DNA of 48,535 nucleotides, from positions 1-48,535 of the forward strand of contig JAGOIG010000001.1 in NCBI GenBank assembly GCA_017995735.1, read 5' to 3'. The stretch is from Candidatus Kapaibacterium sp. (lineage in GTDB: Bacteria; Bacteroidota; Ignavibacteria; Kapaibacteriales; UBA2268). The notes under the pieces were generated by a model, which was given only the letters and a program-made list of their open reading frames with translations, was not told where the DNA came from and made no database searches. Shown here one piece after another: positions 1-9,687 of the stretch; position 1 is the first letter of the stretch, and each line of letters begins with the position of its first letter. The position numbers were made by a program, and so were the translations under genes.

Positions 1-605
1 TCAAGTTTGCAAACTGTAATGCCAGATCCTTTGCTTTTAGCGGTGAGAATATTTATGTATCTTCATATGGTGGCGGGGTATTTAAATCAACTGATAATGG
101 TGAAAGTTGGACTCCAAAAAATTCAGGAATATCTCCGGGTGTTTTCACCTTAGTTGCAAGTGGGAATAATATATTTGCAGGTACTGGTTGGCCTTATGGT
201 GTATATTTATCAACCAATAATGGAGATAGCTGGACACAAATAAATTCAGGTTTCCCTGATAGTATTCTTGTTCCTATCCTTGCTATTAATGGTGATGAAA
301 TTTATGCTGCGACTAATGAGGGTTTATATAGAGCAAAAATCGAGGATTTAATCAAAGGTGTGGATGTCAAGGAAGATGCAAAATTTTCCAAGCCTAATAT
401 TTTTCCCAATCCCGCAAGCGATTATATATATGCTTCTCAATATATAGGCTGGGAGTACCAAATCTATGATTTGCTTGGCAATTGCGTGCTATCAGGATTA
501 ATTGATTCCGAAAGTATTAATGTGTCTGCACTTTCTACGGGTTTTTACACTATTCGCATTTATAAAGAAGGCAAGCAACTTGTCGGAAAAGTAATGAAGC
601 AATAA
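1..605 (+). CDS. Secreted BNR/Asp-box repeat protein with T9SS (Por) C-terminal sorting domain; 5'-partial, N-terminus outside window
   Basis: Frame 3 is open from nt 3 to the TAA at 603-605, so the listed 360..605 ORF is only its tail. Two Asp-box motifs (KSTDNGESWT, LSTNNGDSWT). About 75-aa C-terminal tail IFPNPASDYIY...GFYTIRIY...GKVMKQ is typical of T9SS CTDs. Confidence 0.7.
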   Translation, partial: KFANCNARSFAFSGENIYVSSYGGGVFKSTDNGESWTPKNSGISPGVFTLVASGNNIFAGTGWPYGVYLSTNNGDSWTQINSGFPDSILVPILAINGDEIYAATNEGLYRAKIEDLIKGVDVKEDAKFSKPNIFPNPASDYIYASQYIGWEYQIYDLLGNCVLSGLIDSESINVSALSTGFYTIRIYKEGKQLVGKVMKQ

Positions 606-613
606 AATTGGAA

Positions 614-638
614 GGGGCGGTCATCGCTTGTCCGCCCC
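614..638 (+). terminator. GC-rich hairpin downstream of the T9SS-cargo gene
   Basis: GGGGCGG (614-620) pairs with CCGCCCC (632-638) around an 11-nt loop, starting 9 nt after the stop codon. It is the only GC-rich stem in an AT-rich spacer. No clean U-tract follows. Confidence 0.5.
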
Positions 639-737
639 TGCTGTATTATCAATTATCATTTAAAATTACAAAATTTCCTTTTATCAATCAAAATTCATTT
701 TATTTTTATTCGTTTTATTACAAAAATTTGAAATACT

Positions 738-1445
738 ATGAAAAAGATAATTGCAGTATCAATCTTTGCTCTGATGAGCGTTTCGCTATATGCACAACCC
801 AAAATTGAAATCTCAAATAATGCAACTTATGATTGGGGTCGTGTTAAAGCATCTGAACCTATGTTAAAAACGGTAATGGTTTTTAAAAATGTTGGCAATG
901 AACCATTGAAAATATATTCTGTATCGCCTGCTTGCGGATGCACGACAGCACCATTAACAAAAACAGAAATTGCCCCAGGGGACACGGCTCAGTTGCCAAT
1001 TTCTTTGAATATTTCTTCTTATACAGGCAAAGTAAATAAAACAATTGCTGTGCATACAAATGATCCTGAACATCGGAGCATTGATATTTCATTAAATGCA
1101 TTTGTTGTTAGACCGCTGTCACTTTTTCCAAATATTTTGAATTTTGCTAACCTTATAGTAGGAGAGCAATCAGTTGCAAAAATAGTACTGAATAATACTT
1201 CTGACAATAGTATTAAAATAAAATCTGTTGAGGTAACCCCAAAAGAGTTAAAAGTCAATATTAAGTCAGGTGATGAAATAAAGCCTGGAGAAAATTTTGC
1301 TCTTGAAGCAGATTATACACCCAAACCAGGTGAGGAAGGTACTCGCTTTTTATGCAAAGTTGTCCTGCATACTACAAATCCCGATGTTCCTGAGATTACA
1401 ATTTCAGGTTTTGGAAATATTGTTGAAAAAATAGAGAAATATTAA
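738..1445 (+). CDS. DUF1573 domain-containing secreted protein (two Ig-like modules)
   Basis: Signal peptide MKKIIAVSIFALMSVSLYA|Q. SPACGCTTAP contains the CGCT motif characteristic of DUF1573. The second half is beta-rich and Ig-like. Confidence 0.75.
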   Translation: MKKIIAVSIFALMSVSLYAQPKIEISNNATYDWGRVKASEPMLKTVMVFKNVGNEPLKIYSVSPACGCTTAPLTKTEIAPGDTAQLPISLNISSYTGKVNKTIAVHTNDPEHRSIDISLNAFVVRPLSLFPNILNFANLIVGEQSVAKIVLNNTSDNSIKIKSVEVTPKELKVNIKSGDEIKPGENFALEADYTPKPGEEGTRFLCKVVLHTTNPDVPEITISGFGNIVEKIEKY

Positions 1446-1470
1446 TTTATTAATATCTAAATTCTTTAGT

Positions 1471-1510
1471 TTTAATGTGAAATTTCTATATAATAGAATT
1501 TCACATTAAA
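1471..1510. terminator. Bidirectional hairpin between convergent genes
   Basis: Perfect 14-bp stem TTTAATGTGAAATT (1471-1484) / AATTTCACATTAAA (1497-1510). It lies between the stop of 738..1445 (+) and the stop of 1526..3799 (-) and is flanked by T/A runs. Confidence 0.6.
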
Positions 1511-1525
1511 CATTTTTAAATATTT

Positions 1526-3799
1526 TTAGTGTAAAGCAAGCTTTTTTAAATGATTTGGGATTTTTATTATTAATTCTGTCCCTTGATTTTTATTTGATTT
1601 AATATCAAGCGTTCCTGAATGCAATTCAACAACTTCTTGAATAATTAGAGTTCCAATTCCAAATCCGGTCCCGTCTTTTGATGTTGTAAAGTATGGTGTA
1701 AGCATCTTCTTACGTACTTCTTCATTCATACCTTTACCATTATCTTTGATGCTGAAACAAGTATATCTACCTTCTTGATATGCTGAAATCTCGATTTTTC
1801 CTTTTTGATTAGGTAATGCTTTAATTCCATTTTCAATAGCATTTCGCAAGGCACGTACAAGTTTGGGCTTATCGCAATATATCAGGAATTCATTTGTAGA
1901 AATTGCAATTTCAACATTTGGAAATAAACTCTCATCAAATTCTGATGAAACTTCATTAAGCAAATCGATAGAATTTGTTTGGATTATCTCGAGATTTGAA
2001 GATCTGCCGACTGTAACAATATCACGAACACGTTTCTGAAGAATTAATACTTGATTATATATCCGATTTATCAATGTTAATGATTCAGAATTGCCTTGAT
2101 TTCTCAGTTGTTCGGTATTCAATTTAATAGTGGCAAGATTTGTTTGCATATCATGAGCAAGCTGTGCCCAATTGGAAAGACGCTTTCGCTCAATTTCTTC
2201 TGTGATATTAAATGCAATGATGATTGCCCCTTCATACTTGCCTGTGATAGACCATTCGGGTGATATATTAAATATGTATTCAAGTGTCCCATCAGGTTTA
2301 TGGAGAGAAATGCGCTGAGAGAAGCTTTCTTTAATTTCTTCAAAATGTTTATAAAAATCATATACTGGTTTTGTAAATTCAATTGTACAATAAGTATCAA
2401 AGGGCTTTCCGAGTAATACAGATTGGTCAAGTGATAGCAATTCTTTTGCATTTTGATTAGCTATTTCTAATTCTCCCCTATGATTTATTATAAATATTGC
2501 TCCAATGCTAGGGAAATTGATAAATTCTTTAAAAAGCCGCCTTTCTTTTGTGTATAATCTGAAGAAAATAATTGATATTATAAATAATAGAATTGGAATA
2601 ATATATGTCCATAGTATGCTTGCAAAACGATAGAGCCACCAAAATCGATTGCTTTTAATATTGTAAATCTCAGAATAGTACTTCGATTGAATTATTAAAT
2701 GATTATTTAATTGCACTAATTCAAAATTTTCCCCAAATTTATTGCCAAGTTCCACAAAATCAAACAAATTTATTCTTCCTTTTCCATCGCTAATTATAAT
2801 TGCATTGCGAAAACATATAAAAACGTTCTTACCATCTGATTGTAATTTTTGTGGTTCGAAAATTTGAACGGGCAATTCGGTTTGTTTATATGTAAATTGA
2901 TTTTCAGAAGTTGAGAAATTAGATGAATTTAAAAAATACTTACCGTTATTATTGCTAATCCAATAGATTTTTAAATTGTGATTATCAGGTCTGAATGCTA
3001 TATTTTGTATATCTGCCTCAATATATTTTGAGGCAAGCATTTTCTCGCTGTTTAAGCTAAAAATATTAATAAGCGTAGAATTAGAATTTTGATATGAACT
3101 TTTTATGACTAAGTAATTGCCCACTTGTTGTATTTCATTAATTAAACCGATATTCAAATTTGTGCGGGCTGATGGATTAAGAAATTTGTCGAGAATAACA
3201 AATATGCCCCGGTTATTATGATTTTCAAGTATAGCAAGTTTAGAGAAATGATTTTGTTTTATAATTTCAAAATCTGATATTAGGGTAGCAATTTTTAAAA
3301 TATTAATAAAATTATTAGAGATATTTATCTTATATAAATTCTCTAAATATAATATATAAAGAGTTGAATCATTTTCACACCTAATTTTCATTGTTCTAGG
3401 ATCTATTGTTAAATTTTCAGGAAATTGACTTGAGCAAATCATATTTAATGTACTGTCGTACATTTGTATATATGATTTATTAAAATCGTTAGTTAATATC
3501 AATAATTTACCCGACAATGCTACGGCATCGATTATTTGGTAATTGCCGAGAGGGACTCCTATTGAATGGGTTTTCTCGATTCCGTGCCAAGCTGTAATTA
3601 CATCTTGTGTGCTTTCCCAATTTGGTTTTATAAAATATGAAATTTGATAGGTCGAATCATAAAGTAATTTGCCACCTTCGAAAGATTGTAAAATTTCCAA
3701 TTTCTGGGGATATTTATTATCTGCAAATATTATGCTCGTTGATAATAATAGCAAGCATATAAATACCAAGAACTTATTTATAGTGAAAATCTTTTCCAT
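1526..3799 (-). CDS. Sensor histidine kinase with large periplasmic sensor region, TM segment, PAS-like region, HisKA and HATPase_c
   Basis: N-terminal signal/anchor, about 380-aa extracytoplasmic region, then TM (ILWTYIIPILLFIISIIFF). H-box AHDMQTNLATI, N-box NAIENGIKA, G-boxes DNGKGM and GFGIGT. No response regulator gene is adjacent. Confidence 0.85.
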   Translation of the reverse strand: MEKIFTINKFLVFICLLLLSTSIIFADNKYPQKLEILQSFEGGKLLYDSTYQISYFIKPNWESTQDVITAWHGIEKTHSIGVPLGNYQIIDAVALSGKLLILTNDFNKSYIQMYDSTLNMICSSQFPENLTIDPRTMKIRCENDSTLYILYLENLYKINISNNFINILKIATLISDFEIIKQNHFSKLAILENHNNRGIFVILDKFLNPSARTNLNIGLINEIQQVGNYLVIKSSYQNSNSTLINIFSLNSEKMLASKYIEADIQNIAFRPDNHNLKIYWISNNNGKYFLNSSNFSTSENQFTYKQTELPVQIFEPQKLQSDGKNVFICFRNAIIISDGKGRINLFDFVELGNKFGENFELVQLNNHLIIQSKYYSEIYNIKSNRFWWLYRFASILWTYIIPILLFIISIIFFRLYTKERRLFKEFINFPSIGAIFIINHRGELEIANQNAKELLSLDQSVLLGKPFDTYCTIEFTKPVYDFYKHFEEIKESFSQRISLHKPDGTLEYIFNISPEWSITGKYEGAIIIAFNITEEIERKRLSNWAQLAHDMQTNLATIKLNTEQLRNQGNSESLTLINRIYNQVLILQKRVRDIVTVGRSSNLEIIQTNSIDLLNEVSSEFDESLFPNVEIAISTNEFLIYCDKPKLVRALRNAIENGIKALPNQKGKIEISAYQEGRYTCFSIKDNGKGMNEEVRKKMLTPYFTTSKDGTGFGIGTLIIQEVVELHSGTLDIKSNKNQGTELIIKIPNHLKKLALH

Positions 3800-3854
3800 T
3801 CTTAAAATTACATAATTATCATTTTCTAATTGTTATTATATATACAAATTTAAG

Positions 3855-3862
3855 CAAAATTA
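3855..3862 (-). promoter_or_regulatory. Candidate -7 promoter element TAATTTTG (TAnnTTTG type) for the histidine kinase gene
   Basis: Exact TAATTTTG on the minus strand, about 55 nt upstream of the ATG at 3799, in the divergent intergenic region. Confidence 0.3.
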
Positions 3863-3960
3863 ATTATTGTTAAATCTTTCAAAAAAATAAATAATTACAA
3901 TAATGATTTCTATTAATTTGCTAATTTTATTTTTTTTATTATTGCATAAAATTAAATTCT

Positions 3961-6546
3961 ATGAAAAAATTCGCATTTTTTTGCAAATGTCTTATTTTTA
4001 TTGCATTAGCAAATTCGATAAATCTATTTGCTTCGTCAATTTCAAATGAACAAATGAAAGAATTAGTCCCATCAAAAACCAGGCTTGTCTATAGTCTTGA
4101 TGGTTTATGGGATGTTTCTATTGATGGCGGCTTTCTTGATAGGAGAAATATTCCCGTTTCAATACCAAATGGTAATAAAATTGTTCTCCAAAGAGATTTC
4201 TCCATTGATAAATCTTTACTTAATTCTTATGAATGGGAATTGGACTTTCTCGGTTTTAATTATGAGGCTGAAGTTTATATTAATGAACAATTTGTCGGAA
4301 AATTTGTCTCCAATTATTTAAGATCGTCGATTTCAATACCTAAAAGTATTTTGCTCCCATCTAATAATACATTAAAAATCTCTATTACTAAATCTAATAA
4401 ATTTTCATATTATTCTAATGATATTTATGCTCCTCTTCAAACATTAGGTATGCAACGGAGTATTTTATTAATCGGCTCCCCACAACTGAAAATCAATTCA
4501 ATATCTTATAAAACAAAAATAAACCGTGATTTTTCATCTGCGATTCTTCAAACAAAAGTTGTAATCAGTTCTAGCGACTTGGAGAGGTTATCTAAAATTT
4601 CTCAATCTGATTCAAATAGCACAACTGCCTTAATTAGAGATTATGCATTACAAATCAATTTAATAGACAAATCTACAGGCATCGCTGTCGCACAATCAGA
4701 TATAATTCCTTTCAGAATCAGTTCCCAACGAATTATCGCTCAAAATTATACTTTTAATTTGCAAAATGTTAAATCTTGGTCAATGGATAATCCCAATCTC
4801 TACGAAATATCCGCTAATATTTTTGCAAATGGCAATTTGCTTGATAATTATTCAGCTACGTGTGCATTCCGGACTTTTAGTATCCAAAATAATGGAAATA
4901 TATCAAAGTTCTTATTGAATAACCAAGATTTCCAATTCAAAGCTGTAAATTATATTGAAAATTTTGGACAAAATGGATATTTTCTTTCTCTGAAAAAGAT
5001 TGATGAGGATTTTAAAAAATTAAAAATTCTTGGTGCAAATGCAATAATTTTTCGTTATCATTTTCCAAATTCATATATCCTTTCATTATGTGATCAATAT
5101 GGCTTGCTTGCACTTATAGAATTACCCATATATAATGCTGAATCTAATTTGCTTGGTAAGGATATATTACAAACAAATTCATCAAATCAAATCAAAAGCT
5201 TTATCAGTACTAATTCATTTCATCCCAGTATTATTGCAATCTCAATTGGTGAAGGTTTGGATGATTCATCACCTGAATATTCAACCTATTTAAATCATAT
5301 TTCAAATGATATTAAAAAAGAATCTGACTGGCTCATTTATCGTATAGTTTATCCTACCTCTCCAAATTTGAATTTCGATAAAATGGATTTTCTGTTCTTT
5401 AAAGAATATGCATCTCGACAAAGTTTTGAAATAATTAATGCAGATTATACGAATTTACGAAATAAAGTGGCACCAATCCCCTTAGTAATGAGCTTTGGAG
5501 TCCCAATTCAAAATTATAATCATAATGGCTATTCAGACCCATTAAGTGTTGAATTTCAGAGCTATTATATTGCTAATTTATATAAAATTTCACTTGTGAA
5601 TAATGGCTTTGGCTGTGCAATTCTTAATTTCAATGATTATCAGACACAAAACCCAGTTCTCACAACTCGTTATATTAAAGATCCAATTTCTACAAGTGGA
5701 GTTATAGATATATTTGGAAAAATCAAATCCACTTTTAATGTATTAAAATCTTTATTTAATGAAGAGAGAGATACTATAATTGATATTGGTAATTATTCGA
5801 CAACTGAGTACATTTTTATAGTAATTAGTTTTCTACTATTAATTTTATTCTTATTTATTTTTTCCCGATTCAAACGCTTCCAAGAATACTTTACTCGTGC
5901 TGCTTTGCGTCCCTTTAATTTCTATTCTGATATACGCGATCAAAGAATCTTATCTCCATCCTATACTTATATAATTGGAATTTTTAATTCTCTTAGTTTT
6001 GGGATATTTTTTGAGTCAATTGCATATTTCTATCGCACAAATGAATCTTTTAGCTTTTTGATGAACTTAATTATTCCAACTATTTCATTACAAAAATATA
6101 TATATGAAATTATATGGATGCCTGCTGTTGGGATGATTGTATTCTCTATATTATTTTTAGTTTGTCTTTATATTGTTTCATTATTAATCAGATTATTTGC
6201 TTACTTCAAACGTGTTCACATCCATAATTTTGACTCTATAAGTATAGTAAATTGGGGAAGCTTGCCATTTTTATATTTGCTTCCAATTGATGTGCTTATG
6301 CATAGATTATTGCAAATCGATACAATTTTCTTTACAATTTTTGGTATTATTGCAATTATCATTTTAATTTCTACTATCTCTAGAATATTGAAAGCTACTG
6401 CTGTAGTTTTCGATATATCAAGATCCCAATCTTATATTGCAGGTATAACGACAATTTTACTAATTTTGGTAATTATATTTGGTGTTTATCAAACCCAAGT
6501 AAATTTAATTAATTCATTGTCCTATTTTTTCTCAATATTAATCTGA
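3961..6546 (+). CDS. Glycoside hydrolase family 2-like ectodomain fused to a C-terminal polytopic membrane domain (probably non-catalytic)
   Basis: Signal peptide. GH2 sugar-binding jelly-roll pattern (LDGLWDV..., WELDFLGFNYEAEVYINEQFVG). TIM-barrel motifs (GANAIIFRYHFPNSY, LCDQYGLLALIELP, FHPSIIAISIGEG). From about residue 615 (nt ~5803) there are at least 6 hydrophobic helices. Confidence 0.6.
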   Translation: MKKFAFFCKCLIFIALANSINLFASSISNEQMKELVPSKTRLVYSLDGLWDVSIDGGFLDRRNIPVSIPNGNKIVLQRDFSIDKSLLNSYEWELDFLGFNYEAEVYINEQFVGKFVSNYLRSSISIPKSILLPSNNTLKISITKSNKFSYYSNDIYAPLQTLGMQRSILLIGSPQLKINSISYKTKINRDFSSAILQTKVVISSSDLERLSKISQSDSNSTTALIRDYALQINLIDKSTGIAVAQSDIIPFRISSQRIIAQNYTFNLQNVKSWSMDNPNLYEISANIFANGNLLDNYSATCAFRTFSIQNNGNISKFLLNNQDFQFKAVNYIENFGQNGYFLSLKKIDEDFKKLKILGANAIIFRYHFPNSYILSLCDQYGLLALIELPIYNAESNLLGKDILQTNSSNQIKSFISTNSFHPSIIAISIGEGLDDSSPEYSTYLNHISNDIKKESDWLIYRIVYPTSPNLNFDKMDFLFFKEYASRQSFEIINADYTNLRNKVAPIPLVMSFGVPIQNYNHNGYSDPLSVEFQSYYIANLYKISLVNNGFGCAILNFNDYQTQNPVLTTRYIKDPISTSGVIDIFGKIKSTFNVLKSLFNEERDTIIDIGNYSTTEYIFIVISFLLLILFLFIFSRFKRFQEYFTRAALRPFNFYSDIRDQRILSPSYTYIIGIFNSLSFGIFFESIAYFYRTNESFSFLMNLIIPTISLQKYIYEIIWMPAVGMIVFSILFLVCLYIVSLLIRLFAYFKRVHIHNFDSISIVNWGSLPFLYLLPIDVLMHRLLQIDTIFFTIFGIIAIIILISTISRILKATAVVFDISRSQSYIAGITTILLILVIIFGVYQTQVNLINSLSYFFSILI

Positions 6547-6547
6547 A

Positions 6548-7483
6548 ATGAATGATAATAATTTGAAGATAATATTTTTTGGAAATCACAAAATCGGGAT
6601 TCCTACTCTTAGAGAGGTTTATAAAAAATGTAATCTTGTTGCAGTAGTAACAAATCCCGATAAAGAGCAGGGGAGAGGTAGAAAGATGCTTCCTACCGAT
6701 ATAAAACTTGCTGCATTAGAACTGGAGATACCCATAATTGAACCTATGAATTTAAATGATATTGCTTTTTATAAAACCTTAAAACAATTATCACCTGATA
6801 TTTTCTTAGTATTTGCTTTTAAAATATTACCTTCTCATTTGCTTTCTATACCAAGACTTGGGAGTTTCAATATCCATCCAAGCTTGCTTCCGAAATACCG
6901 AGGCGCCGCCCCTATTAACCATACTATCATTAATGGAGACAAAGAGACGGGAATTTCTACTTTTTTGATGGAAGAAAAAGTTGATGCCGGAGGTATTATT
7001 TTACAAGAGAAATTTAGCTTGCCTCCTGATATTACAGCAGGTGAACTAACTGATATTGTTAGCCAAAAAGCCCCCGAAATTGCTATCAAGACAATTGAAT
7101 TGTTAATTTCGGGGAATTATCAATTACTTCCACAAGATATTACCCAAGCAACAAAAGCCCCGAAAATTCATAAAGAGAATTGTGAGATTGATTTTAATAA
7201 ACCCGCTTGTGCAGTAAAGAATTTTATTAATGGTGTTTCTCCTGATCCCGGGGCTTGGAAAATGTGGGATGGAAAAATTATTAAATTTTTAAAAGCAAAA
7301 TTGCATTCTGATAAATCCAGAGGAATACCAGGTGAATATAAAATTCACGGAAAACAATTTATTATCTCTTGTAATCCCGGAGAAATAGAAATTTTGCAAA
7401 TCCAGCCTGAATCAAAAAGGGCGATGTCCATTGAAGATTTTATTAACGGCTATCGCGGTCCGAAAAAAGGTAGAATAGAATAA
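6548..7483 (+). CDS. fmt: Methionyl-tRNA formyltransferase
   Basis: IIFFGN...VVTNPDK N-terminus, hallmark NIHPSLLPKYRGAAPI motif, length 311 aa. It starts 1 nt after the previous stop codon. Confidence 0.95.
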   Translation: MNDNNLKIIFFGNHKIGIPTLREVYKKCNLVAVVTNPDKEQGRGRKMLPTDIKLAALELEIPIIEPMNLNDIAFYKTLKQLSPDIFLVFAFKILPSHLLSIPRLGSFNIHPSLLPKYRGAAPINHTIINGDKETGISTFLMEEKVDAGGIILQEKFSLPPDITAGELTDIVSQKAPEIAIKTIELLISGNYQLLPQDITQATKAPKIHKENCEIDFNKPACAVKNFINGVSPDPGAWKMWDGKIIKFLKAKLHSDKSRGIPGEYKIHGKQFIISCNPGEIEILQIQPESKRAMSIEDFINGYRGPKKGRIE

Positions 7484-7496
7484 AAAATTAAATTGA

Positions 7497-9137
7497 CTAC
7501 ATTTTTTCAGGTGCGGATATACCAAGAATATCTAATCCATTTTTCAACGTAATTCTTACAGAATTTGCTAAATGAAGTCGGGCTTGCCTTATAGGGTCGC
7601 TTTCTTGCAAAATTCTACAATCGTGGTAGAATTGATGAAAAATTCCTGCTAAATCATATAAATAATCAGAAAGCAAATGTGGTTCTAACGTTTTGTATGT
7701 TTCATAAATTATTTCGGGAAAATCGGCAAGTTTTTTTATTAAATCTAATTCGATTTGCTCTGATAATGCATTGCTGCTGAAATCTGGTAATAGCTCAATA
7801 TTTTCTTCTCTTGCTTTCTGTAAAATTGAGCAAATTCGTGCAAATGCATATTGCAAATAATAAACGGGGTTCTTCTCGCTTTGCTCTTTGGCAAGTGCCA
7901 AATCAAATTCAAGATGTGTATTGGTGCCCCTCATCAAAAAGAAATACCTAACAACATCGCTACCGACTTCATCTATCAATTCATCAAGAGTGTAGCTTTT
8001 GCCTGAACGCTTTGACATTTTCACTTGCTCGCCGTTTTCAACGAGAGTAATAAATTGATAAATTACTACCCTTACTTTATTTGTATCATATCCAAGTGCT
8101 TTGAGAACAGCAAGTACATCGGGATAAGTTGCAATATGGTCAGAACCAAATACATCCACCATCTCAGCATACCCACGACGAAATTTTTCTATATGATAAG
8201 CAATGTCAGGCAATCGATATGTTGGTTCACCTGTTGATTTTACAGCAACACGGTCCTCTTCCATTCCCATTTCTGATAACTTTAGCCATATTGCATTATC
8301 TTTTTCATAAATAAGATTTTTATCTTTCAGTTCTTTCAATAATTGCTCAATTTTTCCTGTTTCATACAGTGTGTTTTCATTATAATAGAAATCGAGAAAA
8401 ACATTCAACCGTTCAAGAGTAGCACGTATTTTTTTAAAATTCCATTCCTCACCATATTTTTGGAAAAAGGAAAGATTTTCTGGGTTATCATCAATATACG
8501 CATCATTATATTTATTGATTATTTCATAAGCAATTTCTATGATGTATTCTCCAAAATAGCCATCATCAGGAAAAGGATAATCAGCTTCCCCGAGCAATTG
8601 CCGATATCGAGCATAAATTGAGCGGGCAAGATTTCGCATTTGATTGCCTGCATTATTAAAATAGTATTCCCTATCAACATTGAATCCCAGCCATTTATAA
8701 ATATTTGCAATCGTATCTCCAATTACAGCATTACGCCCGTGGCCTAGATGCAAAAGTCCTGTCGGATTCGCGCTGACATATTCTACTTGGGCTTTCTGTC
8801 CATTTCCTAAATTTGTAAAACCGTAATTTTTCCCTTGCTCCGAGATTTTCTGAAAAATATAATGGTAATATTTCTTATTTAATTTAAAATTAATAAATCC
8901 AGCTCCCGCTATATTTATTTGTTCTATATAATCTGAATTATAATCGAGATTTTCAATAATTTGCTGAGCTATTTGACGAGGTGATTTTTTTTGCTCACCC
9001 GCGAGTTGCATTGCAATATTTGTGGAAATATCGCCGTATTGTGAATTTTTTGGATATTCAATTATTATTTCTTTTCGTTCAATTCCAATTTTTGACAAAG
9101 AATTTTGTATTATCTCGCGGATATAATCTTTAAACAT
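7497..9137 (-). CDS. argS: Arginine--tRNA ligase
   Basis: SANPTGLLHLGHGRN (HIGH motif), MSKRSG (KMSKS-like motif), C-terminal anticodon-binding DALR-type region, 546 aa. Confidence 0.95.
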   Translation of the reverse strand: MFKDYIREIIQNSLSKIGIERKEIIIEYPKNSQYGDISTNIAMQLAGEQKKSPRQIAQQIIENLDYNSDYIEQINIAGAGFINFKLNKKYYHYIFQKISEQGKNYGFTNLGNGQKAQVEYVSANPTGLLHLGHGRNAVIGDTIANIYKWLGFNVDREYYFNNAGNQMRNLARSIYARYRQLLGEADYPFPDDGYFGEYIIEIAYEIINKYNDAYIDDNPENLSFFQKYGEEWNFKKIRATLERLNVFLDFYYNENTLYETGKIEQLLKELKDKNLIYEKDNAIWLKLSEMGMEEDRVAVKSTGEPTYRLPDIAYHIEKFRRGYAEMVDVFGSDHIATYPDVLAVLKALGYDTNKVRVVIYQFITLVENGEQVKMSKRSGKSYTLDELIDEVGSDVVRYFFLMRGTNTHLEFDLALAKEQSEKNPVYYLQYAFARICSILQKAREENIELLPDFSSNALSEQIELDLIKKLADFPEIIYETYKTLEPHLLSDYLYDLAGIFHQFYHDCRILQESDPIRQARLHLANSVRITLKNGLDILGISAPEKM

Positions 9138-9155
9138 TGTTGCTCTATTATTTTA

Positions 9156-9584
9156 TTATACAGTTGGAATCAAGTATATGTCTTTTAGAGAATTCCTGTC
9201 AAAATTCACAATCTTATCATCTTCAATAGTTTGAAATTTTGCGTCTGACCATAAGCGTTCAAGTTTATAATAGCTTCTTGATTCAACAGACATAATATGA
9301 ACTACAACATCAAAATAATCAAGCACAATCCAATCCATTGATTCAGTTCCCTCGGTTTTTGGTAACGCTATGCCCATATTTTTTATCGTTATATAAATTT
9401 CTTCGTATATTGCTTTACTTTGCGATGTGGACAATGCCGAACAAATCACAAAATAATCCGCAGGAGCTGAATCGATTTTTCTCATATCAAGAATTAAAAT
9501 ATTTTCTGCTAATTTATTGCTTGCAAGGTGTGCAATTTGGATTGCAAGCTGTCGTGAATCGCGTGGTTTTGTAATTTTTGTCAA
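9156..9584 (-). CDS. rsfS: Ribosome silencing factor RsfS (iojap-like)
   Basis: LILDMRKIDSAPADYFVICSA...VLDYFDVVVHIM...YYKLERLW is the RsfS pattern. The only in-frame start for the full domain is TTG at 9584. It sits 18 nt upstream of argS. Confidence 0.8.
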   Translation of the reverse strand: MTKITKPRDSRQLAIQIAHLASNKLAENILILDMRKIDSAPADYFVICSALSTSQSKAIYEEIYITIKNMGIALPKTEGTESMDWIVLDYFDVVVHIMSVESRSYYKLERLWSDAKFQTIEDDKIVNFDRNSLKDIYLIPTV

Positions 9585-9659
9585 TTTACCCTAATTTTAT
9601 TGATAAAAATGATTTCTATAAAATTAACGAATTATTTAAAATAAAATTATTTGATTGAT

Positions 9660-9667
9660 TAATTTTG
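9660..9667 (+). promoter_or_regulatory. Candidate -7 promoter element TAATTTTG for the YfhO-like gene
   Basis: Exact TAATTTTG 20 nt upstream of the ATG at 9688. It lies inside the TTG-extended ORF (9655), which argues for the ATG start. Confidence 0.35.
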
Positions 9668-9687
9668 AAAAAATAAAAGTAATTGAA

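Noticed and set aside
360-605. The 81-aa ORF listed as an independent gene
   Set aside because: The same frame is open back to nt 3 and encodes contiguous BNR repeats. The Met is internal (GTG-coded Val in context), so this is the tail of a larger partial gene.
608-808. 66-aa ORF spanning the terminator hairpin and the start of the DUF1573 gene
   Set aside because: It covers a GC hairpin and AT-rich spacer, has low-complexity F/Y/N-rich sequence, no Shine-Dalgarno site, and overlaps a well-supported gene start.
2119-2451. 110-aa ORF nested in the histidine kinase gene
   Set aside because: It lies entirely within the PAS/HisKA-coding region in another frame and has no recognisable motifs.
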